From the IMG/VR virus record IMGVR_UViG_3300020057_000001, positions 96,072 through 160,071 of that record: a stretch of DNA of 64,000 nt. One strand, given 5' to 3'. Position 1 is the first letter of the stretch, and every line of letters starts with the position of its first letter. A model generated the notes under the pieces. The model saw nothing but the letters and a program-made list of their open reading frames with translations, was not told where the DNA came from and searched no databases. The position numbers were made by a program, and so were the translations under genes. This stretch comes from a virus. Below are positions 44,777 to 53,365 of the stretch, in pieces.

Positions 44777-44955
44777 CTGTTGATTCAATCGACATATGCC
44801 TTTTGCTCTGTCGATTTTTCTGCGTTTTGTCGACATAACGCCCGTACTCGACACTCTTGACCAAAACTAACCCGTATTATAATAGCAGTTTTTTAGTTGG
44901 TAAAATCTACTTTGAACTGTCTTACTCCGTCAATTAAGCTTAGGAGCCTAACCCA

Positions 44956-47781
44956 ATGATACTATTCACATTACCAGATGGTAGCACTACCGTGATCCCA
45001 TCCGTTGCCGGATTGATCAAGATTGATAACTCGCTTATCAACATAGCCGCGTCACCAGCGAACATCTTGCTAGTCGGTGAGTCCACAGAAGGCGCACCCG
45101 TTCAAGCTTTGAATCTTCAAGGAAATTTCTATACTGATTTCGCGGAACTTAAGAACGTACAGAAATCAGGCCCCGTCGTTGACGCCGCTCGCCAAGCGTT
45201 TACAAACCAACCCTCGGTAATCTTTTCACAATCTATTAACAGAGTTTATGTTGCCAAGACCAACCAGTCGACGTCAGCATCAAAGCTTATTGCTTTGCCT
45301 ACAAATTACGGCAGAATCGCTTCCACCCGTTTTGGCGAATCCGGTAACCTCATAAAGAGCCAGATCGTCACTAGCCAGTCAGAAGTAAAGCCCAGCCAAA
45401 CTCTCTCATGGCTTCCTGCTCCTGCCGTTTCTGCAAAACTTGCGGTTAACGGTGCGCATATCGGTACTTACGCACTCGACGTCACTTCGCTTACCGCAAG
45501 TGCTTTCCCGTTCATTACCACTATCAATAGTAACCTCTCAGGTCTTGGCTCAATCACAAGTGGCTTCAAAGACATTATCTCTGGAACACCGACGCTTACA
45601 GTCACAGCCACTGACGACACAGTTGTTATCGTGAACTCTGCGACTTGGATCAACCAACCTGCGGTAAACGACACACTTGTTATTCCCGCAGGCTCGGTCA
45701 TTGCGGGCGCCGCAGACGCAAATGTAGGGTCTTACCTCATTACTGCATCGACAGGTGTCAGCGTATCAGCGCAAAAAATTGTTTCTACTAACGCGGGCTT
45801 TACAACCGTAGTTGGCTACATCGCTCCCGTAAACGTCGCAGCCGCAGCCGTCACAGGTGCTCAAACCGCTTGGGCTACAGCCGACTTAATCTGCTTGGCT
45901 CCTCTTACGCTCGCCCTCACGGTAGCCGCAGACGCTGGTCAAGGTCTTTCCTTTGAACTCGCTGGCGTGAACGACAAACTCGGTACCAGCCTCGTAAAGC
46001 CTGCTTCTTGGAGCGCAGCTATCTCCGCTTCTTCTGCGGCTACTGGTTCTATCTCCGCAGCCGCTTCGGGCTCCTCACTAACAGTAAGCCTTTCAGGCAT
46101 CTCTTGGTCTACTCGACCAGCAGCCGGTGCGATTGCTATCATTGCCAAAGACAGCCCAATCGCAGGTGCCTCAGGCGCAAACGTAGGCGCTTGGCTCGTC
46201 GCAAGCTCAGGGCAGTCTTCAGTTGTTTTGACAAGTGTATACGCTCTTACAGGCGCAACAGTTGCTTCTACAGCTTTGATTGGAGATGCTTCCCCTGTCT
46301 TGTTCCAAGGCACTCAAGTCAGTAACTCCCTCGTAGCTGCCCTTCAAGCTTCTGCCTTTGAGCGCAAAGTTTCCTTGGTCGCTACTCGAGTAACCGACGG
46401 AGAATCCTTTCCTACAGACGCAATCGGTGGGCAAGTTGGATTGTCGGTCTCATTCTATGACTCCGCCGCTACTGCGTGTACGGTAGAAATCACGACAGCT
46501 AACAAACTTCTAATCACCCCGACGGCAAGCCCCGCAATTGCTCCTATCAGTATTCCCTTGGGCAAGTATGCCACCCTGCGAGACCTAGCCCTCTACTTGA
46601 ACACGGTGTCAGGCGTATCGGCTAAAGTAAATCCTGCGTGGAACGCTTTTCCTCCGTCGGTTCTTGACCAAGTAAGTGCCATCGGTTGTCTTTCGGAAAG
46701 CGTCCAACCATCTCACGCCGGTCGTATTAAAACCGACCACTACGCTTGGGTTACCTTTTTCGCTCAAAGCGCTTCTATTGTCTCTTTCATAGCTGGCGCA
46801 GCTCGCAAAGCTGGTCTACCACTTGCAGAAGCGGCATCATCCTTCCTCGCAGGCGGCGCTGTCGGCGCAACTAGTAACGCAGATATCCAAGCAGGACTTG
46901 ACGCGGGTATTAAAACCCCTGTTCGAATCGTTATTCCACTCTTCTCACGAGATGCGGCTAAAGATATCGAAGACGGCCTTACAGACCCATCGTCTACTTA
47001 TTCAATTGAAAGTGTGCACGCAGCTACAGTAGGGCATGTAGCTACAGCTTCTACCCCTAAAGCAGGGCGCAGACGCTTTGCCAACCTTTCGTTCTACGGA
47101 TCGTTTGCAGACAGCCTTGACGCTGCTCGCACTCTCAACTACGAGCGCGCACAGATATCCTTTCAGCTTGTAAGAGCACTCGATGGAGAGGGTACAGTTC
47201 GCCGCTTCTTGCCTTGGATGTCCGCAGCTCAAATTGCAGCAGGACGTGGGCAAGCACCGATTGGAACCTCTATGCTTCGCAAGGGTTTCGCAATTACGGA
47301 AGCTGTACACCTTAAAGACAGCTCCATCTACTCAGATACCACGGTTTTAGACTTTGACACAGAAGACCAAGGACAGCTTTCAGAAGCGATTTCCGCAGGC
47401 TTGTTGGTGTTTGGGAACGTACCAGGACAAGGGCTTCGATTGATATCCCCTGACCTTTCGACTCTTTCTCTGGTTAACAGCGGACAGAGTTGGGCACGTG
47501 AACGCATCAACGTTCAATACGCACTTGACCAGTACTACGACACTGTGAAATCCGTCTTGGAAAACTACATCGGCGAGCGTACCAGCGACGTCTCCCCAGC
47601 AGTTATCCAAACGTCAATTGACAACGTTGCGGCTGCTTTCGTTCAACAAGGTATCCTCCTTAGCTTCAAGCCTTCGAAGGTTACATCCATCGGTAACGGC
47701 TACAACGCCCTTACACTGGTAATTCCAGCCGAAGCAGTCGAGTTTATTGGCGTGACAGTAGAAGCGACTCGGTCGGTCTAA
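44956..47781 (+). CDS. Tail sheath protein (941 aa, with large insertion domains)
   Basis: N-terminal LLVGESTEG, FLAGG.VG and C-terminal LENYIGER sheath-type motifs; precedes the tube genes. Confidence 0.85.
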   Translation: MILFTLPDGSTTVIPSVAGLIKIDNSLINIAASPANILLVGESTEGAPVQALNLQGNFYTDFAELKNVQKSGPVVDAARQAFTNQPSVIFSQSINRVYVAKTNQSTSASKLIALPTNYGRIASTRFGESGNLIKSQIVTSQSEVKPSQTLSWLPAPAVSAKLAVNGAHIGTYALDVTSLTASAFPFITTINSNLSGLGSITSGFKDIISGTPTLTVTATDDTVVIVNSATWINQPAVNDTLVIPAGSVIAGAADANVGSYLITASTGVSVSAQKIVSTNAGFTTVVGYIAPVNVAAAAVTGAQTAWATADLICLAPLTLALTVAADAGQGLSFELAGVNDKLGTSLVKPASWSAAISASSAATGSISAAASGSSLTVSLSGISWSTRPAAGAIAIIAKDSPIAGASGANVGAWLVASSGQSSVVLTSVYALTGATVASTALIGDASPVLFQGTQVSNSLVAALQASAFERKVSLVATRVTDGESFPTDAIGGQVGLSVSFYDSAATACTVEITTANKLLITPTASPAIAPISIPLGKYATLRDLALYLNTVSGVSAKVNPAWNAFPPSVLDQVSAIGCLSESVQPSHAGRIKTDHYAWVTFFAQSASIVSFIAGAARKAGLPLAEAASSFLAGGAVGATSNADIQAGLDAGIKTPVRIVIPLFSRDAAKDIEDGLTDPSSTYSIESVHAATVGHVATASTPKAGRRRFANLSFYGSFADSLDAARTLNYERAQISFQLVRALDGEGTVRRFLPWMSAAQIAAGRGQAPIGTSMLRKGFAITEAVHLKDSSIYSDTTVLDFDTEDQGQLSEAISAGLLVFGNVPGQGLRLISPDLSTLSLVNSGQSWARERINVQYALDQYYDTVKSVLENYIGERTSDVSPAVIQTSIDNVAAAFVQQGILLSFKPSKVTSIGNGYNALTLVIPAEAVEFIGVTVEATRSV

Positions 47782-47837
47782 AGCGAAGGGTGGGATGTTT
47801 CCCACCCTTTAAAATATAATTACTTTAGGAGACAAAC

Positions 47838-48365
47838 ATGAGTTCGCAACTATCAAAAGGGTTAAACGGTTCCGACTGCATCATCAGGATTGGTGAGCGG
47901 ACGTTAGCCTACGGTTCTTCCATTTCGTTCAGTGAGGACTTCGCTAACCAAGTGATCGGTTCTCTAGGGTCAGGCGGCCCTTTGGCGCTCGAACCAACAG
48001 CATACTCCGGTGGCTCAGGGTCGTTCACGATCTCTAGGTACGCAGTTAAGGATGCTCCGGTCACAACTAAAGAGCGCCCTAAGCTGGGTACTGCATCCTC
48101 CGACGCTAAGGATAACTCGTTCTACAGCAAGAACGCATTCTCCCCAGCGCGCATACTCATGGACAGTACGTTTGACATCACAATCAATTACAAAACAGGA
48201 TCAGGCACGCAAGTGGCTCAGTACAAGCTAGTTGACTGTCTTTTGACGGGTTTTGACATTTCTTTCAATCCCGGCGGAATCTCGTCAGAAAACGTGTCCT
48301 TCGAATGCCGCCTTGTCATTGACTCTGCGGCTGAGCCTGAAAAAGAAGCAAATAACAACCACTAA
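47838..48365 (+). CDS. Tail tube protein (paralogue 1)
   Basis: Position after sheath; G....I.I, GSFTI..Y, FDITI, L.DC...ENVSF. Confidence 0.75.
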   Translation: MSSQLSKGLNGSDCIIRIGERTLAYGSSISFSEDFANQVIGSLGSGGPLALEPTAYSGGSGSFTISRYAVKDAPVTTKERPKLGTASSDAKDNSFYSKNAFSPARILMDSTFDITINYKTGSGTQVAQYKLVDCLLTGFDISFNPGGISSENVSFECRLVIDSAAEPEKEANNNH

Positions 48366-48374
48366 GGAATTGCC

Positions 48375-49019
48375 ATGAAAACCACACCTTCGTTCGTTTC
48401 AGGAGCCCGCATCCTGATTAAAGTCGGAAACAACACGGCGGTGTTTGGCGTTGCTACTAGCATCCGCACCTCGGCTACCGTCGTTAAGCCTAACGTACTA
48501 GGTCAGTACGACCCCGCATTCATTCAAAAGCTTATGCAAGGTCCCGTACAGGGCTCCTTCACTATCTTAAAAGTGCTTAACAAAGCAGGACGCGACGCCC
48601 TCACTGCGCAAGCAAAGCTAGCAGCTTCCACAAGCGGTGCTGTAAACCCTCAGGACATTACGAATAACGCAAACAGTACCGTAAAAACCCCTCTTGTCAG
48701 TACGGCCCCCGTAACGCCAGCTAGTTTCACGACTATGACCAATGCAAACAACAGCCCTTTGACGGACATGTTTGTGAACCACATGGACCCCGCTAAGGTT
48801 CTTTTGTCGACCGCGGTCGACATTGACATCTATCACCGCTACCCGACAGACGACGGTAAGTTTCAGGACGCTCTTCTGTTCTCCGTGAAGAATTGCCGCC
48901 TTACAAGTCGCTCGACAAGCATCTCTCCAGGCTCTCTAGTAAACGAGAGCTTCAGCTTTACTGGATTGCTTTTAGACGACGGTTCTGGTACTTTTGCCTT
49001 AGACAACTCTGGCTTTTAG
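48375..49019 (+). CDS. Tail tube-like protein (paralogue 2)
   Basis: SGARILIKV, VLGQY, GSFTI, DIDIY, VKNCR...NESFSF. Confidence 0.7.
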   Translation: MKTTPSFVSGARILIKVGNNTAVFGVATSIRTSATVVKPNVLGQYDPAFIQKLMQGPVQGSFTILKVLNKAGRDALTAQAKLAASTSGAVNPQDITNNANSTVKTPLVSTAPVTPASFTTMTNANNSPLTDMFVNHMDPAKVLLSTAVDIDIYHRYPTDDGKFQDALLFSVKNCRLTSRSTSISPGSLVNESFSFTGLLLDDGSGTFALDNSGF

Positions 49020-49027
49020 AGGGAAAT

Positions 49028-49333
49028 ATGCTTTCAATCGTACCGGGCGGACATAACGGAAATAATAAAAATTCCGACAAAAACGTCCTTAAGGTGTGGC
49101 GTATAACCGTAGACAATGGTGACGTTTACCTTGTAAAAGGTACCGAAGTGTATGTGGGCGACGAAGGCGAAAGCCTTGTAGTCTACAACCGCGAGACCAT
49201 AGTCTTCTCTGAAAAGACACACGTAAACGTCTCTATTGACGATAAAGAGTGGGTCACCAAAGAAGCCCGCCCTGTAAAAAAGCGAGCAGTTTCAAAAGTA
49301 AAAGCTCCAGCAAAAAAAAAGTCTAAAGTCTGA
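49028..49333 (+). CDS. Hypothetical protein with basic C-terminal tail
   Basis: Start MLSIVPG with GAGG RBS. Confidence 0.5.
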   Translation: MLSIVPGGHNGNNKNSDKNVLKVWRITVDNGDVYLVKGTEVYVGDEGESLVVYNRETIVFSEKTHVNVSIDDKEWVTKEARPVKKRAVSKVKAPAKKKSKV

Positions 49334-49350
49334 CCGAAAATGTGCGATAG
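49324..49350 (+). promoter_or_regulatory. sigma28-like promoter
   Basis: TAAAGTCT-N11-TGCGATAG. Confidence 0.5.
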
Positions 49351-49373
49351 CTACGTAGACCCCTTTTCATTCA

Positions 49374-49404
49374 GCCCTTCTGCAAAGAAGGGTTTTTTCT
49401 TTTT
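49374..49404 (+). terminator. Rho-independent terminator
   Basis: CCCTTCT-GCAA-AGAAGGG followed by a T-run. Confidence 0.85.
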
Positions 49405-49412
49405 AAAAGTGC

Positions 49413-49439
49413 TAAAGTCTAACCAAAGGAGTCCGACAT
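49413..49439 (+). promoter_or_regulatory. sigma28-like promoter driving the small-gene/ankyrin cluster
   Basis: TAAAGTCT-N11-TCCGACAT. Confidence 0.55.
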
Positions 49440-49458
49440 GTTTCTCGGAGGGAAAATC

Positions 49459-49656
49459 ATGGAAAAAGAATACGGGGTTGTCCGGTCGGACGAGAACCTT
49501 ACCGAAGACGCAGCCAAGATGTACCTGCATGAGGCGAAAGCGCTTTTTCAACGATCCAGCCCTGGCTATAGACTAGTCCGCTTAGGGAACTACCCTGCGT
49601 ACCAAGACAAGGGACGCTACATGTTCCCTGTTGTCGAAATACTAGGCGTCAAGTAA
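49459..49656 (+). CDS. Hypothetical protein (65 aa)
   Basis: GGAGG RBS before ATG 49459. Confidence 0.55.
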   Translation: MEKEYGVVRSDENLTEDAAKMYLHEAKALFQRSSPGYRLVRLGNYPAYQDKGRYMFPVVEILGVK

Positions 49657-49938
49657 GTGGACTGGCTTGAAGGGTTTGCCGCCGCGTCAGAGGGCAACGT
49701 CGAGAAAGTCCGTGAATTCGTAACGACTTGCTCAGTGAAAGAAAAAGCTGCTTTAGGTACCTATTTTCTTCATGCCGCAGAAGAAGGTCATTTAGAGGTG
49801 GTACACTACCTTTTGGAGTTCGTGGAGCACGACGACGTTGAGATCGCCCTGAAGTGGGCTGTAGACAAAGACCGTCGTGCCGTAGTACATTTTTTGATAC
49901 CCCTGGTAGACCCAAGTTTCATCAGGCAGTACATTTGA
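49657..49938 (+). CDS. Mini ankyrin-repeat protein
   Basis: AAEEGHLEVVHYLL; ends LIPLVDPSFIRQYI. Confidence 0.75.
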   Translation: MDWLEGFAAASEGNVEKVREFVTTCSVKEKAALGTYFLHAAEEGHLEVVHYLLEFVEHDDVEIALKWAVDKDRRAVVHFLIPLVDPSFIRQYI

Positions 49939-49949
49939 AGGAGGGTGCG

Positions 49950-50264
49950 GTGATACTGTCACACACCGTGTTAGACGCAACAGTTTTTGAAGTACTTTTC
50001 TCAGTGGTGTTGCGGGGTGAGTTGGAGTGCGTAAAGAATTTGTACGCCACGCCCTCTGCAAACATATTGCTGGCCGCGCCCACTCTGTTTGCGCACGCCG
50101 CTGAAAAGGGACATGCGGACATCGTGGAATTTTTAGTAAATTTTGTTCACGACCAAGAAGACATCCAGTTTGCGTTTAGACTAGCCTACACACAACAGCG
50201 CCAAAGCGTAGTTGACGTGCTGATACCTTTGGTAGACCCCCACACCTTAAGACAATACATTTGA
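49950..50264 (+). CDS. Mini ankyrin-repeat protein
   Basis: AGGAGG + GTG 49950; AAEKGHADIVEFLV; ends LIPLVDPHTLRQYI. Confidence 0.75.
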   Translation: MILSHTVLDATVFEVLFSVVLRGELECVKNLYATPSANILLAAPTLFAHAAEKGHADIVEFLVNFVHDQEDIQFAFRLAYTQQRQSVVDVLIPLVDPHTLRQYI

Positions 50265-50276
50265 GAGGTTGCAGCG

Positions 50277-50558
50277 ATGGTTGATTGGTGCGTAGTACAC
50301 GATGCAGTGTCAGAAGGAAATTTAGATTTCATCATTGCGCATATAAACTCCGTGCAGGGCATGGCTTCAGAAGTTCATTGGGTAACAGTACAGGCTGCAA
50401 GCCGCGGTCAACTAGAAATCCTCAAATACACCACTCCTTGGGCGCAACCCATGACTTTGCACGCAGCGCTTATTCGCGCACTTAACTACGACCACCAAAA
50501 TATCGTTGATTTTTTGATTCCCTTTTTGCAACCTGAACTTGTTCGACAATACATTTAA
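50277..50558 (+). CDS. Mini ankyrin-repeat protein
   Basis: AASRGQLEILKY; ends LIPFLQPELVRQYI. Confidence 0.75.
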   Translation: MVDWCVVHDAVSEGNLDFIIAHINSVQGMASEVHWVTVQAASRGQLEILKYTTPWAQPMTLHAALIRALNYDHQNIVDFLIPFLQPELVRQYI

Positions 50559-50569
50559 AGGACACCGTT

Positions 50570-50749
50570 ATGAATTCCGCTAAAGAATGGTCTGACTACT
50601 ACCGACAAGCTCTTGAGACAGTCCAAAAGGATTTGGCCGCTTCCCTTAAAGAGGGGGAAAACTTTACCCAACGGCGCGCTTACGTGCTGGGCTACATCGA
50701 AGGCGCTTTAAAAATGGTCACCGTAGAAGTGGACCGTGAGCACAAATGA
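50570..50749 (+). CDS. Hypothetical protein (59 aa)
   Basis: Manual translation MNSAKEWSDYYRQ...; AAGGA RBS. Confidence 0.5.
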   Translation: MNSAKEWSDYYRQALETVQKDLAASLKEGENFTQRRAYVLGYIEGALKMVTVEVDREHK

Positions 50750-50873
50750 CAATAGACTTAGCCGAGTTGAAAGAAGTTGATAACCGGCTGACGCTGCGTT
50801 TTTGATAATTGTATTTTTGTTTCCGTTATGGCACCATGTGTTTAGTTTTCAAACCCCATTTACAGGACTATGT

Positions 50874-51473
50874 ATGCAAATTGTATTAGACGTAAAAAGT
50901 ACAGACCTCGACAAAGAAGTGACGGAGATCTTGAGTTGCTTGTCGCCGGAACAAAAATCTGAGATGGCATATCAGTTAGTCAATTTAAACTTAAATTCTG
51001 TATCGTCCGAACTAAAGGTTTCTGCGGTCCGTGAAAAAATAATAGCGGAATACGCCGAAAAAGATAAGCACATCCGGTGGAACGATGTAAAAAATGAGTG
51101 GGAGGTCAAAAACCGATATTACGATTACTCTGCGGTTGGCTGGGAGGAACGCGAAGCGCTAGCAAAAGAGACATCCGCCAAGCTTGGCGTGAACAAGTTT
51201 TTTAGATCAGACGTGCTGTCGGCCTTACTAACAGACGCAAAAGCACATTGCGCAACGGCAGTAAAAGAAAGCCCTGAAATGCAAGAAGCGATTGCGCTTG
51301 CCATTTCGGCAATAAAAGAAGAGATCCCAGCCTTGGTGAAACAAGCTATGGTTTTGCAGTTTGCACAACAACTTGAAACATGTATGGCAACAATCAGAGG
51401 GAGCCACACGGCGCACTCTTCCCTTCACGACCAGTTGGTGGTAAGACTACAGAATAAAATAGGATCATTCTAA
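50874..51473 (+). CDS. Hypothetical helical protein
   Basis: Start MQIVLDV with AGGA RBS. Confidence 0.55.
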   Translation: MQIVLDVKSTDLDKEVTEILSCLSPEQKSEMAYQLVNLNLNSVSSELKVSAVREKIIAEYAEKDKHIRWNDVKNEWEVKNRYYDYSAVGWEEREALAKETSAKLGVNKFFRSDVLSALLTDAKAHCATAVKESPEMQEAIALAISAIKEEIPALVKQAMVLQFAQQLETCMATIRGSHTAHSSLHDQLVVRLQNKIGSF

Positions 51474-51475
51474 CT

Positions 51476-51604
51476 ATGCGTAATTTTTGGATTCTCGTGA
51501 TGATTGCTCTGATTCCCATTCTCGCCGTCGGTATAGGCGAACTTTTAGGCGTGTGGAATGCCATTGATTGCATCGCACCACCAACAATTGGATGTGAGGA
51601 ATGA
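51476..51604 (+). CDS. Small membrane protein (42 aa)
   Basis: MRNFWILVMIALIPILAVGIGELLGVW... Confidence 0.35.
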   Translation: MRNFWILVMIALIPILAVGIGELLGVWNAIDCIAPPTIGCEE

Positions 51605-51778
51605 TTTATTTTTGGGCATTACTTTGTTATTTTTCTGTGACTTTCCTGTTAGCCCTGTTCATCGGGCATTTCATCCATGCTGGACAAAGCGATAACCGGC
51701 CCTAAAACTCGTATTTTAAAATGTAAGAAGACTTGAGCTTGTGGATATTTCTTTTCCTCAAGTCTCTTACACAGAGGT

Positions 51779-52390
51779 ATGCGCAACATGACAACCCCCG
51801 ATGGCAAAACTGCTAAGCCCAAAGCCGCACAAGTTCTCATAGGCGACAATGCGCTCATCGTGGGCGAAAGAGCCAAAAAGCGAATAAGTACCCCCTACGC
51901 CAAGCTCCCAGAAGCCTACGCAGGCGGCAGAGCCATCATCTCTGTAGCCGACGCCACGGTTGCCTTTGTGCAATCAGCCTCTTGGTCAGTATCTGTGGAC
52001 ATGGAAGAGGTCAAAACTGTAGATTCGATCCTACCGTGGGAAATCGCAATCAACCAAGTGCGGGTAAGAGCCAACCTGTCACAGTTTGTCGACCCCGCCA
52101 GTAGCCCTGACTCGCAACTCCTATTCTCAAACGTACAAGCTTTACTGCACCAACCGCTCGTGTTTATTGAGTTCTTTGACAAACTCGGAACTAAAATGTT
52201 TACATCAAAGGGTATGTTCGAATCTATAAGCGGCAGTATCGGAAACGCGTCGCTCGCTACACTCACGGCATCTTTTATAGGGATCGGTTGGGCAACTAAC
52301 ACGGTGCAGTCATTTACCCCCTACGCCGACGACAACCTTTTGGGTCGGGTGCAAGGTGCTTTGAACTCTATTAAAAAGATCGGTTTCTAA
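51779..52390 (+). CDS. Tail tube-like protein (paralogue 3; tube initiator?)
   Basis: GGRAIISV..VAFVQSASWSV...EVKTVD...PWEI tube-fold pattern. Confidence 0.6.
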   Translation: MRNMTTPDGKTAKPKAAQVLIGDNALIVGERAKKRISTPYAKLPEAYAGGRAIISVADATVAFVQSASWSVSVDMEEVKTVDSILPWEIAINQVRVRANLSQFVDPASSPDSQLLFSNVQALLHQPLVFIEFFDKLGTKMFTSKGMFESISGSIGNASLATLTASFIGIGWATNTVQSFTPYADDNLLGRVQGALNSIKKIGF

Positions 52391-52442
52391 TTCCCTCCTC
52401 TTGTGCTACCCTTTACTCATAATTTGCGTTTAATCACACTGC

Positions 52443-52871
52443 ATGAATTGCGAACCTATGACAACGTACATCGAACCTTTTCTAGAAGAACGTATGGAAA
52501 AAGCCAAGGCCAAAGCAAAGCGTATAGCGCATGGTAAGGTCGAATCGGAATCAGATTTAGAACAGGTTTTTCGAGCCAGCCTGTCCAGACGCTACAATAT
52601 CCCTGTCTTCGACACATATTTCGACGACAAAACCTTAGACGAAATCGCCTACGAGGTATTCCTACACAAAGAGCTAGACCGAAAAGAATCGGGTGGTACA
52701 GACGAGGACGCTCAAAAAGAACTGACACAAGTCTCGAACGAAGACCGTGAGGACTTGTTTAGCGACCTAGTTGAAGATTCTGAGTTTGCTCAACGGTGGG
52801 CTGAAGCGTCAGAACCACCTCCCCCAACGGAAATAGACGAACTACACTACGAGCAAGGAGAATCACAATGA
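52443..52871 (+). CDS. Tail assembly chaperone (gpT-like)
   Basis: RRYNIP.FD..F...TLDEI..E motif; upstream of TMP. Confidence 0.5.
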   Translation: MNCEPMTTYIEPFLEERMEKAKAKAKRIAHGKVESESDLEQVFRASLSRRYNIPVFDTYFDDKTLDEIAYEVFLHKELDRKESGGTDEDAQKELTQVSNEDREDLFSDLVEDSEFAQRWAEASEPPPPTEIDELHYEQGESQ

Positions 52872-53335
52872 GTAACGAAATTAAGTATTTAGATATTGAC
52901 GTCGTCGGCGAAAACACTGGAACCGTCTACACGGGCACCCTCGAAGTCCGACCTTTCATGACCTCTAGAGGAAAAGTTGAGTACACTCGTCTTTTGAACC
53001 GAGAGACTAAGGGTTTAGTGAGGGATGTACGACCAAACCTGGAGCAGTTTCGACGGTTACTAGAAGCACTCGCTGAGAAAGACCAACCCTTTTCGAAGGA
53101 GCAAGTCGACCTCGTTGTCAACGTAGCTGCGCAGACATTTGGTATCTCTGACCCTGTTGTCGAAGAGATCTCTATTATCGCAGAACTAACTGTGCTGGTA
53201 GAAAAGGGACCCTCATGGTGGAAACCATTTGACCTTATTGACGAAAGTCCCTATGTAGAGATTAAAAAGCAACTTTTAAGCTTGCAAAACCCCACAAAAG
53301 AACAACCCGAAGAAGCGCCAAAAGCCGCCGAATAA
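52868..53335 (+). CDS. Tail assembly chaperone (gpG-like)
   Basis: IDVVGENTG..Y.G.L.V...AEL.V...GPSWW; immediately upstream of TMP. Confidence 0.55.
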   Translation: MSNEIKYLDIDVVGENTGTVYTGTLEVRPFMTSRGKVEYTRLLNRETKGLVRDVRPNLEQFRRLLEALAEKDQPFSKEQVDLVVNVAAQTFGISDPVVEEISIIAELTVLVEKGPSWWKPFDLIDESPYVEIKKQLLSLQNPTKEQPEEAPKAAE

Positions 53336-53365
53336 AATCTCTTAATACAGTATAGGGGATAACGC

